Below are positions 1 to 11,180 of a stretch of 64,000 nucleotides of DNA, piece by piece. A model generated the notes under the pieces. It made no database searches and was not told where the DNA came from. It saw nothing but the letters and a program-made list of their open reading frames with translations. The stretch is taken from NCBI GenBank assembly GCA_004431415.1, contig QPMI01000054.1, positions 310,001 through 374,000 of the forward strand, written 5' to 3'. Within the stretch, counting starts at the first letter, position 1, and each line of letters starts with the position of its first letter. This DNA comes from Cyanophora paradoxa CCMP329 (taxonomy: Eukaryota > Plantae > Glaucophyta). The position numbers and the translations under genes were made by a program.

Positions 1-943
1 TCGAAGCCGGCCGAGGACGCCGCCGCCCAGTACCGGCGGTGCCCCCGCGCCCGGCCCGCGCCCAGCCGCCTTGCGCCGCCTCACCTCGGGGGCAGGTGCG
101 CGGGGGCGGCGCTCTCGCTCTACGCCCACCTCCTCGTCCACCGCGGCGACGCCGTCGGCGCCGTCGTCTACTCCGCCCGCAACGTCCTCGTGCGCCCTCA
201 CTTTCGGGCCCCTCCTACCCCGGCCCTTCCCCTCCCTCACCCGCGCCCCCCTTCTCCCCTCAGATCGCGAGCCGGGAGCCGGCGAGCGCGGGGTACGCCG
301 AGGCCTGCGCCTTCATCTACAGCATTCTCACTGTGCGCGTACCCCCCCGGCTGTCCCCGGCTCGTATGATTTCCTTCCCTGATGCGGTCCCCTCCGCTCG
401 CCCGGCGCGCAGCGGGCGCGGGTGCACGGGAGGGCGGGGGCGTACCTGCGGCGGGCGCGGGAGATTGCGCGGCTCCCCGGCTGCGGGGGGGCCCTGGGGT
501 ACATCCTCTCCAACCAGGTGCCCCGCCCCGCCCCGCCCCGCCCCGCCCCGCCCCCCCGCCGCCCTGCTCCTTCCCTAACCGGACCCAACGCCAGGTGACG
601 AACCTGACGCTGCTGGGGCGGCTCGCGGAGGCCGAGGAGATGGGCGCCCGCGGCGCCCTCGAGGTCCGAGCGGCGCCCCGCCCCGCCCCGCCCCGGCAAT
701 CCCCCTCCCACTCCTCAACACTCTGAGATGCGACCCCCCCCCCCCGCGCCCGCGCGCCGCAGCTCGCCTCGTTGGGGACACGCGCGCCGCTTTCGAGGCG
801 CGCCCGCCCCTCCCCCGCCGGTCCCCCGCCCGCCCGTCCCCCCGCCGCTGAGGGCCGGTGCGGCGCAGGCGACGATGAACTCGGCGGCGGCGGCGCTCTT
901 CCGCGGCCGCTTCTCCGCCGCCGACGAGGCCTGCCTCGCCGTC
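1..943 (+). CDS. Partial multi-exon gene, alpha-helical/TPR-like hypothetical protein (5' end outside window, 3' end unresolved)
   Basis: Exons between C-rich introns read ALSLYAHLLVHRGDAVGAVVYSARNVL / IASREPASAGYAEACAFIYSILT / AYLRRAREIARLPGCGGALGYILSN / VTNLTLLGRLAEAEEMGARGALE / MNSAAAALFRGRFSAADEACLAV, an Ala/Leu-rich helical-repeat pattern. No clear stop found. Confidence 0.5.
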
Positions 944-1089
944 GTCCGCCCCGCCCCGCCCCTCCCCCTGCAGCGCCCACTGATCGTTGTCGGCGCCTTA
1001 GATCCAGGACGCCCGCATGAGCTCCAACGCGGTGCGAAGCCTCCAACTTTGCGCGCGGCGGAGGACCGGGCGGAGGGGGGTACGGCGGA

Positions 1090-4000
1090 CCGTGACGTCG
1101 GCGTAGAGCCCCGTGAGCTGGTCCGCCACCACGGCGCCTGCGGGGGGGGGGGGGGGGGGGGGGAGGGGTGCTCAGGGGCGGCGGGGGAGGCGGAGGGGAA
1201 GGCTGGGGCACCGCGGAGGTCGAAGGCGGTGGGGCCCTGGACGGTCAGCGGCTGCTTGTCCGTGTCCTCCCCGTCCATCGGACGGTACCGGAAGTTCAGC
1301 GTCTGCGCGGCGCGCCCGGGCCGTTCGTGCCCGCCCGAGAAGGGTACAGGACGGTGCAGCGGCGGGAAACTTCGCACCCGGGGATCGCGGACTTCGTCAA
1401 AGGACGCGAACTCGGCTATACCCCCGGACGAGAGGTCAATGCGGGGGGGAGACGCCGGCGTCTTGGGGTCCATCGTGACGTCACGGCTGAACGTCACCTG
1501 CCCGGGGGCTCGGCGCGGGGCCGGAGGCCGGAGCGGAAGCCGTGCGGGGGGGTACCTGAATGCGGATGGCGGGGGAGGAGGAGTCGATCGTCTTGCCGAG
1601 GTACGCGGCCGAGACCTGAGGGGGGGTGCGGCGTTGGCGGGGCCGGGGCAGGGGTACGCGGGCGGCGCGGCGCACGTCGACGATCTTCGGCGGCGCGGTG
1701 AAGACGAAGAAGGGCAGCTCGAGGCGGGTGGGGGCGGGCTGCAAGGGGGTACGGGATCAGCTCGGGGTAAGATGGGTAGGGGGGGTGGGCCCGCGCGGGG
1801 GGCTCGCTCGCCTTGAGGGCGAGGCGGGCGGGGAAGACGCCGTCGCGGCTGCGGATGGAGGGGCCGCGGGCGGCGAGGGCCTCGGGGTCCTGAATGGCGG
1901 TGGGTGCGCCCTCCACGGGGGGCGCCACGGCGTCGATGGGGTTGAAGGCGGTGGGCGTCGCGGGGTCCAGCCCGCAGACGGCCCCCTCGGGGATCTCGAA
2001 GGCGAAGAGCACGCCCGGGTCCTTGTAGTCCTCCCGCGTGTTGAAGCCTGCCCCAGGCGCGTCAGCGAAGCGGGGCGGGGCGGGCGGGGCGGGGCGGGGG
2101 GAGAGGGCGGAGCGGGAGGGGTTGGCGGACCCTCGACGAGGTCGAAGGGCCCGAGGGTGCCCGTCCGGATGTTCACCTTGAGCGGCTCCGACGAGACCCG
2201 CTCCCCCAGCACCCGGTTCTGCGCGGCGGCCGGGGCGGGGCTCAGGGGGCGGGGCCGGCGCAGAGGGGGCGGCCCGCGCTCGCTCGCCTCGAAGATGGCG
2301 CGGGCAGTGGCGTTGACGACGACCGGCCCGCAGCGCACGGGGATGAACGGCGCCCGCCGCCCCGCCCCCACCTGCCCGCCGCTTCGGCAGCGAAGGCAGG
2401 AAGGGGGGGTAAGGAGGGGCGGGGCGGGCCTGGACGGCGACGGGCTGGTCGTAGAAGACGGCGATGTAAATGACGTCCTTGACCGAGGCCGCCGCCCGCC
2501 CGGCCCCCGTCGCGTTCGAAGGAGGCCCGTACACCGTCTGCCCCGCGCCGCGCCGCCGGTCAGGGCTCCGGGAGGGGGGCCGGGCAGCGCGCCCCTCGGG
2601 GGCGGGGCGGGGCGCACGGGGAGGAAGAAGAGCCAGGAGCGGACGTACGGCTGCCCCGAGAACACCGTGTAGAGGGCGTTGCTGGCGGGGCGCGTGAGGC
2701 CAAGACGGGGCGCGCCTGCGGCGCGCGGGGCCTCGCTCGCTGGGGCGGGGCGCACAATTCCTGGTCGACGGGGATGGATGCCTTGTCGAGGGCGACGGCG
2801 CCGTCGAGCGCCGCGAGCAGGCTCCAGCCCCGCGAGCTGCCGGCCGCGTCGGAGGGGAAGGGAGGACGGGGCGGGGCGGGGCGGGCCTGTTGGAGGCGGC
2901 CTGGGGCTGGAGGACGCCGGCGCCGGCGGTCTGGTTGGAGAGGGGCCCCAGGGGGAAGCCGGCGTCCTGCGTCAGACCGCACTGCGCGTCCCTCGGCACC
3001 CGCCACGCGAACACCACGTGCGAGACCCGCAGCAGGCCCTGCCCCCCCCCGCTCAGCGAGGGAGGAGGAGGAGGGGGCGGGCGGAGAAGGAGCGTCGGGG
3101 CACCGATCCGACGAGCTCGGTGGCGTCGTACGTCTCGTTGTAGGCGAAGACGGCCGGCACGGGCGTAGCCGCCCCGCCCCGCCCGCCGCACGTCAGGTTC
3201 AGGTACGGCGTCCCCGGCGCCGGCAGCGACCTGCGGGTGGGCGGTTGGGGCGGCTCGGGGCGGGCGGCGCCGCGCGGGAGACGGTGCGAGCGAGAGGGCG
3301 CACGAGGCGTCGGCCCAGCCGCCGGGCCCGCGGACGACGACGCGCTCCGAGTAGACTGCGGGGCGGCGTCAGCGTGGGGGGGGGGGGGGGGGGGGGGGGC
3401 GGGGGGGGGGCGGAGGGGCGGGGGCACCGTAGACGAGGAAGACGACCTCGCCCGTGCGGGCGATCTTCGGGGGCACGTAGGCGGCGCCGGTGGCGCTGGC
3501 GGCCTTGGCCGCCGTGAAGTCGCGCGGGTGCGTCTTCACGGTGAAGAAGGTGCGGAGGACCGAGGGGTCGTCCGCCTGCACGAGGAAGGGCACCGAGCCG
3601 GGCGGCGGCAGCGTCGCCAGGACCTCGTAGTCGTCCAGGCTCGCCACCAGGCCCGTCGCGTTCTCCAGCTTCGCGCCCTCGATGGCGAGGGTGCCCCGCG
3701 AGCCGATGCCGCACGCGTTGCCACGCCGCACCGTCGCCGCGAACTGCGGCAGGCGGGGCTCAGGCGGCTGCCTGCCTTGTTTTGGGTGGTGGGCCGGACC
3801 TGGGCGTAGTAGACGGTCGTGTAGGCGTACCCGTACGTGAAGGACGAGTACTCCAGCTCCTGCCGCACCGAGACGCCCGTGAACGTGGCCACTTGCTTCG
3901 GGGCCCCCCTCGCCTGGTCCGAGCAGCTGCCGCGCCGCGCCGCGTCGGAGAGGGCGGGCGGGAAGCGCGGGGCGCGGGCCGGGGCGCGGGCGCACGTGTA

Positions 4001-6679
4001 GGTGAAGTAGGGCGGCGAGGCGCCGGCCTTTGGCTCCACCATCTCGCCGAATTTGATCTCGAACGTGATGGCGTCCCCGGGCAACGCCACCGGCACCGCT
4101 GCGCCCGCGCGCTTAAGACAAGCTGGGGGTGGCGGCGGGGGCTGAGGCGTACACGAGTAGTCGCCGGCGTAGAGGAAGGCGAAGGGGTCGCCCGAGGCGG
4201 CGGCGGCGGCGGCGACCGAGGCGGGGTCCCCCTTGAAGACGTTGGTGAGGAGCGCCTGCGGCTCGGGCGCCGAGATCGCGAAGCCGAAGAGCGCCCATTT
4301 GTTCTCGCCAGTGGCCGTCTGCCACAATGTCTGGTCGATGGCCGACTGCGCTTCAAATCTGTCCAGAACCGCTTCGACAACCTCTGCGGCGGCAGCCGGG
4401 CCAGGTCGGCGCCGAAGGGCGGAGGGCGGAGGGAGAGGGGGGAGGGCCGCGCGCCGCACCGCCTCTGGTGACGTTTGCGCCGGGCCTGATGCTGTACTTG
4501 TCGCACGCGTCCTTGCGAGTCACCTGCCACGGAGAGTCGGCGGGGCGAGGGGGCCGCCGCCGCGGCGCGCGGGGCGGTGGAGGCGTTCGACGCACGTTGT
4601 AGCGGAAGAGAAGGCCGCGGCGGGCGAGCCCGTCGTCGTAGGAGCAGTCGGCGGTCGGGCCCACAATGCCCCCGCACTCCACTGCGCGGCGCGTCGCGTC
4701 GCGTCCTGCCGCGGCGCGGGGGAGCGAGCGCACCGTACGTCCGGTCGGGCACGTACTCCGGCCCCGCGGCGCTCCCCAGGCAGCCCTTGGTCGGGTCCGC
4801 CGAGCAGGGTTGCACCGTCTCCGCGAACCTGGCCGTGCGGGGCTCGCCGCAAGTGAATGCGAGAGTCGGGGGCGGCGCGTTCGTCTTGATCTGCGGGGGG
4901 CACGGTCACTGGGGCGGGGGCGGAGGTGCACGGGGGTACGAGCCTGCACGGCCTCGCTGTAGGAGACGAAGAACTCGAGGGTCGCCCCGGGCCCCACCGC
5001 CTCGTCTGCCCCGCCCCCGCCGCCCGTTAGAGGCGCGGCGCGGCGCGGCGCCAACGCCTCAGAGGCGCACATCGGAAGCCGCCGACGCTGTCGTAGAGGA
5101 CGGTGGTCTTGGGGAGGACGGGGGAGGAGCCCCAGAGGCGGGCGCGGAGGCCCTCGACCTTGGGCACGCTGCGCACCACCGTGGGGTACTCCAGGTAGGG
5201 GCTGGAGTCCAGCGTCGGTGATAACGCCGCCTGGTCCGAGACGGCCTCCACCGTGCCTGCGGCCCGGCCCCGTCGGAGAGGGTCCGGCGGGCAGGGGGCG
5301 CCCCCGCGCACCGGAGAAGGTCGCCAGGTCGACGCGGAACGCTGAGCGGGAGCCTGACCCGTACTCGTCGCAGTCGTCCCCGCGGGCCACTTTGTAGGCA
5401 AAGAGGAGGCCCTGGGGCGCCAGGGGGGAGCTCATGGACAAGCGGTCCGCGGGGGCCGGCGGGACGGTGTAGGCGCCGGCCCAGCGGCCGTACAGGCTCG
5501 GCCCGGCGTCGGAGCCCACGCAGGGGTCCGTCGGGGAGCTCGCGCATGGCACCACCTTGTCCACGAGGTCCATCCCCCGGCTGCGAGGGGGGTATTGTGA
5601 TTCTCATGCGACACGGATGAAGGGGGTAGCGGGGGGTACGGCGCACGAGGTGGCGCCGCAGGTGGCGTTGAGGGTGATGGCGCCGTTCGCCTGGACGGGC
5701 TCGGAGAAGCTGAAGTACACGAGGAAGACCGTACCAAACCTGCGCGGGCGCGGCTCGAGTCGGATGGGGCGAGAGGAGGGGGGGGGGAGGGGGGGGGCGA
5801 AGGGTTGGGCGCGGCGCACTTGGAGATGGGGCGACCGGCCGCCTCGTAATCACTGGGCGCAGGGTTCTCGGGGCGCGATGCTGCCGGCGTGTTGACGTCG
5901 AGCGTGGCGCGGGCCCCCAGCAACTTGGGCGCGCCTGCGCGGCGTCAGGTGTCTGCGCGGCCGCACGCGGGAGGGCGGCCGGGGGGGCGGCGCACCGGCG
6001 ATGATCAGCTGCTCGTACAGCTCCACTGGATAGGAGGAAAGGGAGATCCCGTCGATCGTGTAGTCCCCGGTGGCCTTCGGCGCTGCCGGCGCGTCAAAAA
6101 AAAGCGGCGGGACGCGCGTGGCATGGCATTCCACACGCACCGGTGTCCGCGATGGAAGAGAGAGAGATGTAGGAGCCCCACCCCGCGAAGGAGCAGGACG
6201 CCGCGCGCTTCACCGTGTATTTGAAGTATATGTAATCCGACGATGAGGTCGGTTCGGCATACGCCGTTTGCTCCGATTCGCCGCAGGTGAACGTGAGCGC
6301 TGCGCTCGCAAGTCAGCTGCCAGCTGCGGTGCGCGGCGGTGGGCCGCGCTCGAGGCGCGCACTCGGGCAGTCGCCGCCGTCCTCGGGAGGGCCGGCGGTG
6401 CAGCTGTCGATGGTGATGTACTCATCGAAAGCGACAACAATGTAGAACGAGTCCGGCGTTCCCACTCCAGTGTTCTTATATGTGTTGTCGATTGGGTAGG
6501 TGATGCTGCTGAAATAGGTGTAGGAGACGGTGGCGGGGGTCTGCGCGGCCGCGTTCTGTAAGAAGCCGCCGTGCGCGCAGCGGGCCGAGGGCGTGGCTCA
6601 CCGGCTGGGCATTAGCTCGCGACAAGCATGCTATCAGCACCAGCGCGAGGCCCAGCGCAGCGCTCAGCTGCCGCCCCAT
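1090..6679 (-). CDS. Large secreted/surface protein with 7 tandem bacterial-type Ig-like beta-sandwich repeats (multi-exon; 3' end uncertain)
   Basis: ATG at 6679 gives signal peptide MGRQLSAALGLALVLIACLSRANAQ. Recurring domain starts: FYIVVAFDEYITI, FLVYFSFSEPVQ, LEFFVSYSEAVQ, ITFEIKFGEMVE, VFLVYVYSERVV, IYIAVFYDQPVAV, IRIQVTFSRDVTM; several are followed by LLFxYxVxxGD-like motifs (GLLFAYKVARGD, GLLFRYNVTRKD, LNFRYRPMDGED). Confidence 0.7.
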
Positions 6680-7376
6680 CGTGCAGCTATTCTGGCGCTG
6701 AGCGCTAGCGGAGCAGGCGGGACGGCGCCAAATCTCGTAAATCCCACTCCGATCCAATGCTAAGTGCACGGATGCGGAGCGCTCCTGGTGTGCGTGCCAA
6801 GTTGGCGCTTGGGGCCGGGTGCTACCAGAAGTGGTACCGGAGCCTAGCTTGCCGCAAGAAAGCAAGCAGCCTGGCAGATAAGCCGGTGGGGACAGGCCGG
6901 CGGGCTGTTCGAGGCACCCAAACGACGCAAGTAACGGATGAACCTGTAGCCCCCAAGGGCTCGCCCCAGGGGTCAAAGTTCTGACTTCATTCAATCGCGC
7001 GCCCCCCCGCGCGCGCGGGCCGCACCAGCTAGCATGCTTGAAATTGGAGAGCGAGAGCCAGCGCTTCGTCTGGCCCCGCGCGGGCGGCCCTAGTGCTCAC
7101 GGCGTCGAAGCTTGTGAGTGCATGCGGAAGCAAGCCACGAGCACTAGTTACACATACAGGCTGGCAATCACAAGACTGCCGAGCATCCCGGTGTGCCACG
7201 ATGTTTTCCTGTCTACGCCTAGCGAGAAATATGAGAGAGGATGGGGCTGCTGGACTGGTGCCGGAAGAGGAAGCGGAATGGACGGAGCGGACGGCCGCGG
7301 GCGGGAAGGGGCGCCGCAGGGCGGGCCCGACGGGGGAAGCGAAGAACGCGGAAGGGAGGCGGGCGGGGGCTACACG

Positions 7377-9078
7377 CTACACGCGGAGGATCTGGAGCTT
7401 GTTGGAGAAGGCGATGGCGACCCAGTCGGGCTGCGCCGCCGACCACTGCAGCTGGTTGATCTCCGCCTCCGCCTTGTACGCCAGGATCGGGTCTGCGCGC
7501 TGCGTTTGAGAGGCAGAACACAGGCTGCGGCGCTGCGGGGGCGCCGCGGACCCTCGATGGGCTTGGGCATCTGGGAGAGGTCCCAGATGAGGGCCTGCGG
7601 GGGAGGAAGGCGTCAGGGGGGCAGCGGGGGGCGGTGGTAGGGGCGGGGCGGGGCGGGCCTGGGAGTCGTCGGCGGCGGTGCAGACGTGGCAGGAGGAGTG
7701 CGGGGCCCAGGCGATGGCGTTCACGCAGGCGAGGTGCCCGTAGAGCTCCGCCACCGGGTGCGACGGCGCCCTGCCCGCCCCGCGCCCGCCCGGTCGGGCG
7801 GCTGCCGCGGCTGCGGCGGCGGCGGCGGCGGGGCGCACCGGATGTCGAGGATGATGACCTTGCCCTGGTCCATGATGATCGTGGCGAGGTAGTTCGGGTC
7901 CTGCGGGGGGGCCTCGGCGGGCCGCCGGCGGGCGCGCGGAGGGGCGGGGAGAGGGGCCGGCGCGCCTGCTTGTTCCAGGCGAGCCGGAGGAGGGGCATCA
8001 TCTCGTCGGACTCGTAGATGATGGTCGAGTGCTCGAGGCTCCTGCGGGGCCGTCGGCCACTGCGCCCCGGCGCGGCGCGGCGCGGCGCGGCGGCGCGGCG
8101 CGGCGCGGACCTGAGATCGAACATGCGCACGGAGCCGTCCGCGCCGACGGACGCGAAGATGTCCTGCGGAGGAGCGCGTCAGCGGGCGGCGCGGCGCGGA
8201 GCGCGGCGCGGCGGCGCGGGGCGGCGGCGCGCCTTGTCCCGCGTCTTGAAGGCGATGTCGAACACCTCCTTGTCGTGCGCGATCAGCTGAGTCTGCGCTC
8301 TTTGCTCCTGCGCACGCGCCGGTCGACGCTCAGCGCGGAATGCGGCGCGCGGAGCTGCAGCGGCCCGCGGCGACTGCGGGCGGGGGCTTCGGGGCCGCCC
8401 ACCTCGATGTTCCAGATTGTGCACGTCGTGTCTATGCTAGAGGTACCGATGATGGCCGGATCCGCCTCGTTCCAGTCGAACGAGGTGAGAGGGGCGCAGA
8501 ATTCGCTGTTCTTGTTCTGCGCGAGGGGCAGGGCGGGCGGTTCGGCGTCAGCGCGGCGCCGCGGCGCAGGCGCGACCGCGTGGCGGCTGCACGCACGTTG
8601 TTGAGCAAGCACTTCATGTTGGGGCGCCCATTCTTGTCGATCTCCCATATCCGCAGGTAGTCGCCCGTCGTCGCCAGCAGATCCTGGTCGAAGCGGCTGG
8701 GCATCCACTGGATCTTCGTAGTGGGATACGGGTGGTCGAACTGCCCCGTCGGCTTGAAGGACTCGGACTCCTCGTCGAGCTGGATGATCTCAACCTGCCG
8801 CGATCCCGGTGAGCCGCCGCATTCCGCCCGACGCCGAGCGACGCGAAACACATCCAGTCCCCATACCTTGTTGCTATACTCCTCGATGAAGCTCCCCAGC
8901 GCAAGGCGGAACTTTTGGTCGGGGCGGACGCTCCAGTTCATGCCGTAGATGGGCCATTGCGCCTCATACGTGTAGATCTCTGCAAGAACGTCCGGCAAGC
9001 ACTCGTCGGGCCCTGGCTCTCGGGACGCGGGGGTGACGGCGGGAACCTCGCACCTTTCTTCTTCGCCTCGGTCGTCAT
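7377..9078 (-). CDS. DCAF7: WD40-repeat protein DCAF7/WDR68/AN11/TTG1-LWD family
   Basis: Spliced: [47 protein letters not shown]...[14 protein letters not shown]...[13 protein letters not shown]...[12 protein letters not shown]...[13 protein letters not shown]...[15 protein letters not shown]...[24 protein letters not shown]...[17 protein letters not shown]...[16 protein letters not shown]-stop. Confidence 0.96.
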
Positions 9079-9192
9079 CGCGACGACGCTGCTGTCCCTC
9101 AGGCGCTCAGAGCCTCACCGGAGCATGCAGGGAAGGCAGCGAGAAGGTCGCAAAGGGGGGTACAGTGCGTTTCGTCCGTTGTACCCCCAAAG

Positions 9193-10681
9193 ATGCGATT
9201 GGCGTTCTGCGGCGCTCCTCTGCCGCCAGCAGCGCGAGGCGACGCGGGTAGGCATGTGTCGCTCGCCGAGTCCAGTCGGCTAGCCGCGCGCGCCCTCCTC
9301 CGCGCGCGGCGGAGGCGACAAGCCGACGGCGACGCGGCGCGGCCTCGTTGGGCCGCGGAGCCGCCTCCCGCGCCGCGGCCGGTCTTCGCGTTGCACGGCG
9401 CCCCGGCCTCGGACTCGGAGGAGGCCGACCGCATGGACTCAATCAAGGCCGGCCTCGCGGGTGCGCCGCCGCCGCCGCGTCGCGCGGGAATCCGGCGACG
9501 GCTGCCTGCTTCATCTTGAATCCGACCCCCTCGCGCGGCCTGCGCAGCGGCGCACACGGCGACGGTGGTCTACGACGGGCTGCGGCTACTGGCGACGGCG
9601 GCCGTGAGCGACGAGGCGGTGCGGGCGGCCCTCGACCTCGACTCCACCGCATCCTTCGTCTACGGCGTCGCCGGTGCGCCCGCCGCGCCCGCCGGCGCCC
9701 CAGGTCTCCAAGCTTCAGCTGCGCGGCCCTCGCCTCCCCGAGCTGCCGCGGCGGCGCCCGGAAGGGCTGGCCCTTGGCTTCGAATTTTAAGAGCCGCTTC
9801 CTCTCCTGAAGCTCACCGTCCGAGCTGCAACGGCGCCCCGCGCCGCCTAAGGCCCGCCTTTAGCCTTGCGGTTTGCGAGCGGAGATTCCTCTCAAAGTCT
9901 CGCACTCGCCTAGCTACACATGCATAGTTCTCCCGCCGCGTCTTCCCCCCCCCCCCCCCCCCCCCTCCCCCCCTCCGCCCCGCTCCTCCTCCGGCTCGCC
10001 CCCCTTTTGCCCCCCTCCGCCGCGGCCCGCCCCACCGCCTCTGTCCGCGCGGAGCCTCCGCCGCACGGCCCACAGCGCCGTCCCTCTCTCCGCCCCGCCG
10101 ACCCCTGACCCGCCCCGTCCGCAGGCACCTTCACCTCGGGCTTCTTCATGGGCATCATATTCCGGTGCCCCCGCCCGCGCCCTCCCCCCTCCCACCCAGC
10201 TGACGCCCGGGGGGTACAGCTACGTCGTGCGGGAGGACCTCGACAACGACCACCTGAAGGAGGGGGTCGCCCTCGGCGTGCGTACCCCCCTCCTCGCCCG
10301 TTCTCCTCGACGCCGACGGGCGCCGACGCGGGGCGGGGCGGGCGGCAGTTCGGGATGTGCCGGCTCATGGGGGCGGTGCAGCGCTCCGTCGAGGCCGGCC
10401 TGCTGCGGGTGCCCCTCCCCTGGGCCCCCGACTTCCTCCCCTCCCTCCCCGCCACCCTCCAGTCCCCCCCCGTCGCCGCCCTCGCCATCGACGTGCGCCC
10501 CGCCCCTCGGCCCCAGAGGGCCGCACGCGCCTCTGAGCCGCGCCGGGCGCAGGGGGCGATCGGCTTCGCGATGTTCCTCGCGGCGGGGGCCGCCGTGGCG
10601 GCGCTGCTCGAGCGCGGCCTCATCCCCACCTTCCCCTGCAACCCCGCCACCCGCCCCCGCGACCCGGGCCCCCCCGACTGA
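9193..10681 (+). CDS. Probable plastid-targeted membrane protein, resembling a conserved cyanobacterial/plant protein of unknown function
   Basis: N-terminus MRLAFCGAPLPP... is Arg/Ala-rich and transit-peptide-like; then DSIKAGLA, hydrophobic TSGFFMGIIF, YVVREDLDNDHLKEGVALGFGMCRL and a C-terminal hydrophobic GAIGFAMFLAAGAAVAALLERGLIPTFP. The family resemblance is from recall, not a search. Confidence 0.6.
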
Positions 10682-11180
10682 CCGCGAGCCTCGGCCTCGG
10701 CCCCCGAGCTCCCCTAGATTCCACTGCCTTCCCCTCGCCGTGAAATCTTGCCTTCGAGCAGTGCATGCGCAATTCCTGGCCATAGCGTTTCCTTCTTTTA
10801 CGAAATTCCGACTTCTTCCGAGCTCGAAATCAAAAAATCAAATTAATTCTGAGGCGCCGCGCCCGGTGCCGCATGGAGCCCTCAGCAGCACTCGAGCTCG
10901 CAGCAGCTTGCATCTGGCCCGGCGGGCGAGCTCGCGTGCGGCGCGTCGCGCGGGACCGTCGGACTCGCGCCTTGATCATGATCATGAGCAAGACACGACG
11001 GAGTCGCGGTCGTCGGTGAATCCTGGAGTTGGAGCGCGCGCTGCATGCGCAGCCGTCGCTGGCCGGCCTGGCGTCGGCGCCGGCTCTCTGCCAGCCACGA
11101 GTCAGCCACAGCCTGGTGAGAGCCTGGCCTCAGAGCCAGCCGGTACCGGTACCGCAATTAACTGCCATCCCTCTGGAGCA

